IMG/VR virus record: IMGVR_UViG_3300027896_000017
Span: 52,768-116,767 of that record
Origin: a virus
Direction: 5' to 3' (one strand)
DNA: 64,000 nt
Part shown: positions 58,862-64,000 of the stretch, in pieces
How the letters are laid out: each line of letters begins with the position of its first letter
Position numbering within the stretch: position 1 is the stretch's first letter
Translations under genes and position numbers: made by a program
The notes under the pieces: model-generated
Databases searched by the model: none
Told to the model about the DNA's origin: nothing
What the model saw: only the letters and a program-made list of their open reading frames with translations

Positions 58862-59974
58862 CTAATAAAACACGCCCTGCTCATCCCATTTTTTAAACAA
58901 ATCTTCAAACGAACATTTCTGATTATTTAAAACAAATTGCCTGATAGATTCGGAAGATTGAACACCAAGCTTGGCTACATTTTCCCACAATTTATATGTT
59001 TCACCAATACTGTCTTTTCTGTCTTTTAATCCATTAGCCACAACTTCTGAAGCTATATCATAAGAACACCCGACTACCGCTTCTTGTTTTAATCTGGCAA
59101 TAATTCCAGATTTATTAGATGGTTTGCCCATAAATTTATCACAAATAGTATTTAATGCTTTTTCTCCACCTATACAATACGCCTGTTGCATACAATTACG
59201 ATACCATAAATCCATAGACCATTGATAGCTTCTTTTACCATTATAATGAATATGATTTGTAGTTGGAACTACAAAATTACGATATCCAAACAGCCAACTT
59301 TTAAAAGTTACAAAGGGTTCTCTTCCTCCATACCCTCGTTGCCCTGGATGATACCCCCCTATTTTATCCCATGTTTCATGTTTAATCATAAAAAAGCCAT
59401 GACCACTGCCCGCTATAGGATAAGCCTCTTCAGAAATCTTTTTATGATTATAAGTACCATGAAAATGCTGCCATAAATACCAATCAGGAGATCCTTTTTG
59501 CCATTCACGATATAAGTATTGGAAACATCGTGTATTTGGGATAAAATTAAATGCATTATCATGCGGGATCCCAGTCCATGTAATTGGGGCGTGGACAAGT
59601 CCGGCGTCTTCATATTTATCTATTACTTTTATACATTCAGTAAAAATATTCGGATGTACAATTACATGGCTATCGGTAAAGCAAAGATATTTTCCTTTTG
59701 CTAAAGCTGCAGCATCATTAGCAGCCGGTCCATTGGCCGGTATTTTGGATATAATTAATTGGGAATTATGAAATTTATGAAAGTCTTTGCAATCAATAAG
59801 TCCAGAGGCGCTTGAAATTGCCTGTTCAGTTGAATTGTTTGCGCATATTATAAATTCATGTGTTAGTTTGGAACATGTTAAAGTTATAGCCAAATTATTT
59901 AACGTAAAATATAAATGCGGCCAATCTTCTGCGTATGGTATACAAACAGAAACATCAATGTTGGAATTTTCCAT
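58862..59974 (-). CDS. GT2-family glycosyltransferase (370 aa)
   Basis: VSVCIP, AKGKYLCFTDSH, WDKIGGY, YGGRE. Confidence 0.85.
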   Translation of the reverse strand: MENSNIDVSVCIPYAEDWPHLYFTLNNLAITLTCSKLTHEFIICANNSTEQAISSASGLIDCKDFHKFHNSQLIISKIPANGPAANDAAALAKGKYLCFTDSHVIVHPNIFTECIKVIDKYEDAGLVHAPITWTGIPHDNAFNFIPNTRCFQYLYREWQKGSPDWYLWQHFHGTYNHKKISEEAYPIAGSGHGFFMIKHETWDKIGGYHPGQRGYGGREPFVTFKSWLFGYRNFVVPTTNHIHYNGKRSYQWSMDLWYRNCMQQAYCIGGEKALNTICDKFMGKPSNKSGIIARLKQEAVVGCSYDIASEVVANGLKDRKDSIGETYKLWENVAKLGVQSSESIRQFVLNNQKCSFEDLFKKWDEQGVFY

Positions 59975-60483
59975 TATTTTATTCCTTCTACCCTAAAATC
60001 TCTTAATCCCATACCATGAGATAATCCGATACCAATATGTTTAATTTTGAATCCTATATTTGACATGGCCTCAGCCATAATAGTTCCAGTCCATCCGCTT
60101 TTATGGCCCCAAATTTCTCCGTATTTATTTCGTGAACCAAAATCCTCGCCAAAAATACAATAAATATATCCTTTAACATTTTTATTGTTAATTATATAAT
60201 GCTCATATGCGCCAATAACATCTGGCCCTTCTACAATTAAACAACCCCCGGATTTTAATAATAAAAAACAATCTTTTAATGTTTTTATAACTTCAAGGCG
60301 ATTTATATGTTCTAAACTATGATAAGCGGTAATAGTTTCAAAGCTTTCTAATTTAAATATATTTCCAATATTTTGTATTTTTCCAAGTATATTTGTGTTT
60401 CGGCCATTTTTAACAATTTTAATACAATCAAAATTAATATAATTGGGTAATAATTGTTCCCCAGATCCTAAATTCAATTTCAT
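59974..60483 (-). CDS. Class I SAM-dependent methyltransferase (169 aa)
   Basis: KLNLGSG, HSLEH, LLKSGG.L..E.PD. Confidence 0.85.
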   Translation of the reverse strand: MKLNLGSGEQLLPNYINFDCIKIVKNGRNTNILGKIQNIGNIFKLESFETITAYHSLEHINRLEVIKTLKDCFLLLKSGGCLIVEGPDVIGAYEHYIINNKNVKGYIYCIFGEDFGSRNKYGEIWGHKSGWTGTIMAEAMSNIGFKIKHIGIGLSHGMGLRDFRVEGIK

Positions 60484-60486
60484 ATT

Positions 60487-61026
60487 TTATTTCTTTTGTA
60501 ACATTGACATAATCTCAATATCGATATTTATTTTTTCTGATATTTTTTGAACTTTTACTAAAACTCCAGGAGCATACCAATCCACTCTATTATAAATTAT
60601 TTTATTATCTTTAAAAATATTTTCGACATCAACAGTTGTATATCTCCAATAATCATGAGGATAAGAATGATAAGGAAATCCAGGGCTTCGTGTACTTATT
60701 AAAATTATTCCGTTATTTTTACATAATTGAAACATATTATTAAGAGCGAGTTTCCAATCTTCGCAATGTTCTAATGTTTCTGTAGATATGACTAAATCGA
60801 AACTATTCTTTTGAAAAACATCTAAAAGATTATTAACATTTATAATTTTATCTACATTTTTTCCATCTTGAACATCTATTCCAATATATTTTATAGGTTT
60901 AAAAGATTCAACATGAGATCTTAATGAACCATTAACATTTCTAGAACCCACCTCTAATACCATTTTATTAAAGCAATCTTCATGCAATAAAACCTCTTTT
61001 CCAAAATCTAAAACACATTTGTTCAT
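60487..61026 (-). CDS. Class I SAM-dependent methyltransferase (179 aa)
   Basis: VLEVGS, YIGID, FDLVISTETLEH, HSYPHDYWRY. Confidence 0.9.
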   Translation of the reverse strand: MNKCVLDFGKEVLLHEDCFNKMVLEVGSRNVNGSLRSHVESFKPIKYIGIDVQDGKNVDKIINVNNLLDVFQKNSFDLVISTETLEHCEDWKLALNNMFQLCKNNGIILISTRSPGFPYHSYPHDYWRYTTVDVENIFKDNKIIYNRVDWYAPGVLVKVQKISEKINIDIEIMSMLQKK

Positions 61027-61538
61027 ATTTTACCCCTGAGTCCCATTATTACCTTGTCTGTAAAATAATGCTTTAATATTTTTTTTGTATTCTGATAAAA
61101 TTTTTCTATTCCATTATTACAACCTTGTGAATGACATAAGCTCCCTTTATTGTTTTTATCCCACCAAAAACCATTAGTAGTTATTAAATATTGAGCATTA
61201 CATTTAAACATTCTGCCATGAGCTAAATTTTTTTTGTAATGATTTTCATCGTTCCATACCATAACAACAGAACCGTCTATTTTTTCTAAATCTTCTAAAA
61301 AGGAAATATTTTTAATTATTATGTCATCATGACAAAATAAAACATCGCTTTTTTTATTCCATATATTTTTTACAAAATAATCATAACAATGAAATTCTAA
61401 TCCTATATTTTCAATTATAACACAAGGTATATTAAAACAATTGCCGGATCTATGACCAACAATATAAACATTATCGCATAATGAAAATGGTTTAATACAA
61501 TCTTCAAAATAATACCAACCAGCTATACATATTTGCAT
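61023..61538 (-). CDS. Possible GT-A-fold glycosyltransferase (171 aa)
   Basis: ENIGLE and VLFCHDD; cluster context. Confidence 0.5.
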   Translation of the reverse strand: MQICIAGWYYFEDCIKPFSLCDNVYIVGHRSGNCFNIPCVIIENIGLEFHCYDYFVKNIWNKKSDVLFCHDDIIIKNISFLEDLEKIDGSVVMVWNDENHYKKNLAHGRMFKCNAQYLITTNGFWWDKNNKGSLCHSQGCNNGIEKFYQNTKKILKHYFTDKVIMGLRGKI

Positions 61539-61540
61539 TT

Positions 61541-62317
61541 TTATCTCTTTGATGCTTCTATTAATGCTTCATTAAATAATTTCTCTCCAAAATGTTCTTT
61601 TATAGGAGCCAGATTTAATTCTAATTCGTTGAAATTTATTATATAGTTCACAATGCGATCCATTAAAATTACAGGATGGGGAATTTTACGATCAAAATGA
61701 TGAAGCCATTTTAATTGAGGTAAACAAATTACCCTTCTTCCGGCTTTTCTATATTTTTCGTGAATAATCCCCTCTTCGGCCCCTCCAAATCCTTTGCATT
61801 TAGGATTAAATCCTAACCAACCTTTTTTGCTTGTCATAAAACACCCACAACCCATTCCCCATATATCAAATAGAGTTTCTGGGACAACTTGGCTACAATT
61901 AGACCAAATCCCCCACATTTGGCTCCTCCAAACTGGCTCCCAACTACACGTATAATTTTTCATATCATTGTAAAGCAATGGGCCATGATACAAATCATCC
62001 GATATAGGTAAATTAATAAGAGCGTTGGGGGCAAGCAAAACATGAGAATCAATCACTAACACCATTTCTCCTTTAGCAAGTTCAAATACTTTATTTTTAG
62101 CATAACTTGGACCATTTGTTTCTATACATTTTTCATATCTTACAATACCGACCCCTTGGTTTTTAATAAATTTTTCTAATTCATGATCTCCAAAATTGTC
62201 TATAACAAGAATTTCGCAATTTTCTAAAGAATGATACATTCTGAGCGCCTGAATAGTAAAATAACATTCTGAAAAATTATTATAACTAGGCATACCTATT
62301 GTCAATTTAAATTCCAA
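61541..62317 (-). CDS. GT2-family glycosyltransferase (~258 aa)
   Basis: LTIGMPSYN, ILVIDN, AKGEMVLVIDSH, GFGGAEEG; TTG start after AGGAGG. Confidence 0.85.
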   Translation of the reverse strand: MEFKLTIGMPSYNNFSECYFTIQALRMYHSLENCEILVIDNFGDHELEKFIKNQGVGIVRYEKCIETNGPSYAKNKVFELAKGEMVLVIDSHVLLAPNALINLPISDDLYHGPLLYNDMKNYTCSWEPVWRSQMWGIWSNCSQVVPETLFDIWGMGCGCFMTSKKGWLGFNPKCKGFGGAEEGIIHEKYRKAGRRVICLPQLKWLHHFDRKIPHPVILMDRIVNYIINFNELELNLAPIKEHFGEKLFNEALIEASKR

Positions 62318-62327
62318 AATAACCCTC

Positions 62328-62894
62328 CTATTTTTTACAATATTTTTTAACATATTTTGCTAATTTATAAACATTTTTTAAATCTTCTTTTAAAAATCCT
62401 AATGCCGTATTGCAATAATGACATAATATGCCTCTATTTTTTTTAGTTTTATGATCATGATCCACATGGATCTTTTTAGAATTTAATTGTCTTAAATCTC
62501 TTCCACATACTAAACATTTATTATTTTGTTTTAAAATCATTTCTTTTTTTTGTCGCAGCGTAATTCCATGCGATTTCATACAATTATAATTTGTATAATA
62601 TAATTTAATTTTAATTGGATGTTTTTTACGATATTTTTTCATATATAATGTTTTTTCAGCTAGATGCTTTTTGTTATAAATATTTACTCTTAAATTACAT
62701 AGATTTCTATGGGATTCACGATATCGCCTGCTTCTTAATAAGGCTTCTTTTAAATGATTTTTTTGATAATTTTTTGAACGAATACTATCACATTTTTTAC
62801 ACCATGAAAAAAGGCCATCTTTTGATCTTTTCCTTTTACTAAATTTATCAATATTTTTAATAACTTTGCATTTAGTACATTTTTTAGTTTTCAT
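62328..62894 (-). CDS. Endonuclease VII-like HNH endonuclease (188 aa)
   Basis: CTKC..CKKC; QNNKCLVC...HVDHDH....RGILCHYCN..LG. Confidence 0.9.
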   Translation of the reverse strand: MKTKKCTKCKVIKNIDKFSKRKRSKDGLFSWCKKCDSIRSKNYQKNHLKEALLRSRRYRESHRNLCNLRVNIYNKKHLAEKTLYMKKYRKKHPIKIKLYYTNYNCMKSHGITLRQKKEMILKQNNKCLVCGRDLRQLNSKKIHVDHDHKTKKNRGILCHYCNTALGFLKEDLKNVYKLAKYVKKYCKK

Positions 62895-62896
62895 TT

Positions 62897-63263
62897 TTAT
62901 TTACAATATTTTTTAATATAATTTGCTAATTTATAAATTTTTTTTAAATCTTCTCCAAGCATACCAAGGGCTCCGTTGCACCAAGCGCACAAAACCCCTC
63001 TAACATTTTTTGTTTTATGATCATGGTCAATATGAGTATTTTTAGAATTTTTAAAAATTTTTCCACAAGATAAACATTTATTATTTTGATTTAAAATCAT
63101 TTTATTTTTTTGTTCAATATTAATATTATAATTTCTTTTTAAATTATAATTTTTTCTATATTTAATAATTGATTTCTTATGATTTTTACAATACTGTTTC
63201 ATATATAATGATTTATTTTTTTTTTTTTGATTTTATTGCGGAATTATTAACAGAAGACTCCAT
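62897..63263 (-). pseudogene. Second endonuclease VII-like gene, apparently frameshifted in an A13 tract
   Basis: CLSC...HIDHDH...RGVLCAWCN in 62897-63202; RBS and ATG at 63263 are out of frame by one base. Confidence 0.55.
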
Positions 63264-63281
63264 AAAAAAACCACCCCTTTG

Positions 63282-63321
63282 AAAAAAAAGCCCTGCCTAA
63301 ATATAATATCAGGCAGGGCTC
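63282..63321 (-). terminator. Intrinsic terminator
   Basis: gccctgcct/aggcagggc stem with T8 on the minus strand. Confidence 0.75.
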
Positions 63322-63342
63322 GTGTTAAACTATTTGTTTAGG

Positions 63343-64000
63343 TTAATGAACCACTACCATTGCGGGAGTTAACGTTCTGAAGATAAGATATCCTTCAGTT
63401 GTATTTATTTCTTCCGCCCTGGCAACAACTTCATAAGTTCCATCAATCTGGTTCGTTTCGGCAGATATAAGTTGACCCAGAGAATCGGGGTCAACTGACA
63501 CCACCAACCTATCTCCCTGATTAATAATACCATCATATCCCGTCGCTGAAACCTTACAACGAATTCCATAACTTTCCATGGTAGTAATACGACCAACGGA
63601 AGCGTCATAGCCTTCATATTTATTATAAGGTTTAGAACCTATTACCAACTTATTAACCTTTGAAGGAGTAAAAGGGATAATATTTGCTAATGAACCATCA
63701 CTTCTTACTCTTGCCCAACGACCAATATGTTCATAGAATGTTTGATCAATTGGTCTCGTAACCCTTTCGACCAGATGCATTAGCGTAAGAATTTGAAGTT
63801 CATAACGAATACCATCATCATCCTCAGGAACTGGAGGGGCTTCTGTAGTAGTCGTTGTGGTCGTTGGACCAGGAGTAGTGGTAGTTGTGGTACCAGGAGC
63901 AGCTGTCGTAGTCGTCGTAGTAGGAGCAGCTGTCGTAGTCGTCGTAGTAGGAGCAGCTGTCGTAGTCGTCGTAGTAGGAGCAGCTGTCGTAGTCGTCGTA
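63343..64000 (-). CDS. Virion (possibly head-decoration) protein with Thr-rich repeats, 5' end beyond the window
   Basis: Frame stays open upstream of the track's Met: (TTTTTTAAP)n...PEDDDGIRYELQILTLMHLVE. Confidence 0.7.
   Translation of the reverse strand, partial: TTTTTAAPTTTTTTAAPTTTTTTAAPTTTTTTAAPGTTTTTTPGPTTTTTTTEAPPVPEDDDGIRYELQILTLMHLVERVTRPIDQTFYEHIGRWARVRSDGSLANIIPFTPSKVNKLVIGSKPYNKYEGYDASVGRITTMESYGIRCKVSATGYDGIINQGDRLVVSVDPDSLGQLISAETNQIDGTYEVVARAEEINTTEGYLIFRTLTPAMVVVH
63895..64000. repeat. 27-bp tandem repeat, at least 3.9 copies (TTTTTTAAP)
   Basis: Unit aggagcagctgtcgtagtcgtcgtagt at 63895, 63922, 63949 and 63976. Confidence 0.95.

Noticed and set aside
1219-63617. Many 60-130 aa ORFs antisense or out of frame within long genes
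   Set aside because: No RBS or motifs; expected shadow ORFs
1-64000. Reverse transcriptase gene serving the retron-like elements
   Set aside because: No ORF in the window shows RT motifs in an RT-like context; it would have to lie elsewhere
63895-64000. 27-bp repeat as a CRISPR array or origin iterons
   Set aside because: Head-to-tail without spacers and in frame within a Thr-rich coding region
1-64000. Alternative genetic code
   Set aside because: Long ORFs tile the window in the standard code and end in TAA, TGA and TAG

Overview
AT-rich segment of a large (probably jumbo) tailed-phage genome, standard genetic code. Minus-strand blocks hold virion genes: baseplate-like proteins, a portal-like protein, a 2583-aa multi-beta-helix protein, a neck-like protein and a glycosyltransferase/methyltransferase cluster. 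They also hold a single-chain beta-beta' RNA polymerase with an intein directly after its catalytic DFDGD. Plus-strand blocks hold replication and accessory genes: a primase-MCM-like helicase fusion, a DEDDh/PD-(D/E)XK nuclease, an SNF2 helicase, VRR-NUC, a SWIB protein and a five-gene ubiquitin-like operon (2 x E2-like, JAB, E1, tandem Ubl). The most striking unannotated signal is a cluster of four structured non-coding elements at 22.9-25.0 kb that share a retron msr-msd-like layout (terminal stem, opposed Gs, G-YUU-C hairpin, variable hairpin cargo), with no reverse transcriptase in the window. Also notable: a circularly permuted tRNA-like (YrlA-like) RNA, a five-copy dyad promoter motif, and mucin-like Thr tracts in virion proteins beside the glycosyltransferases. 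All calls come from reading motifs by eye; no searches or folding programs were run.
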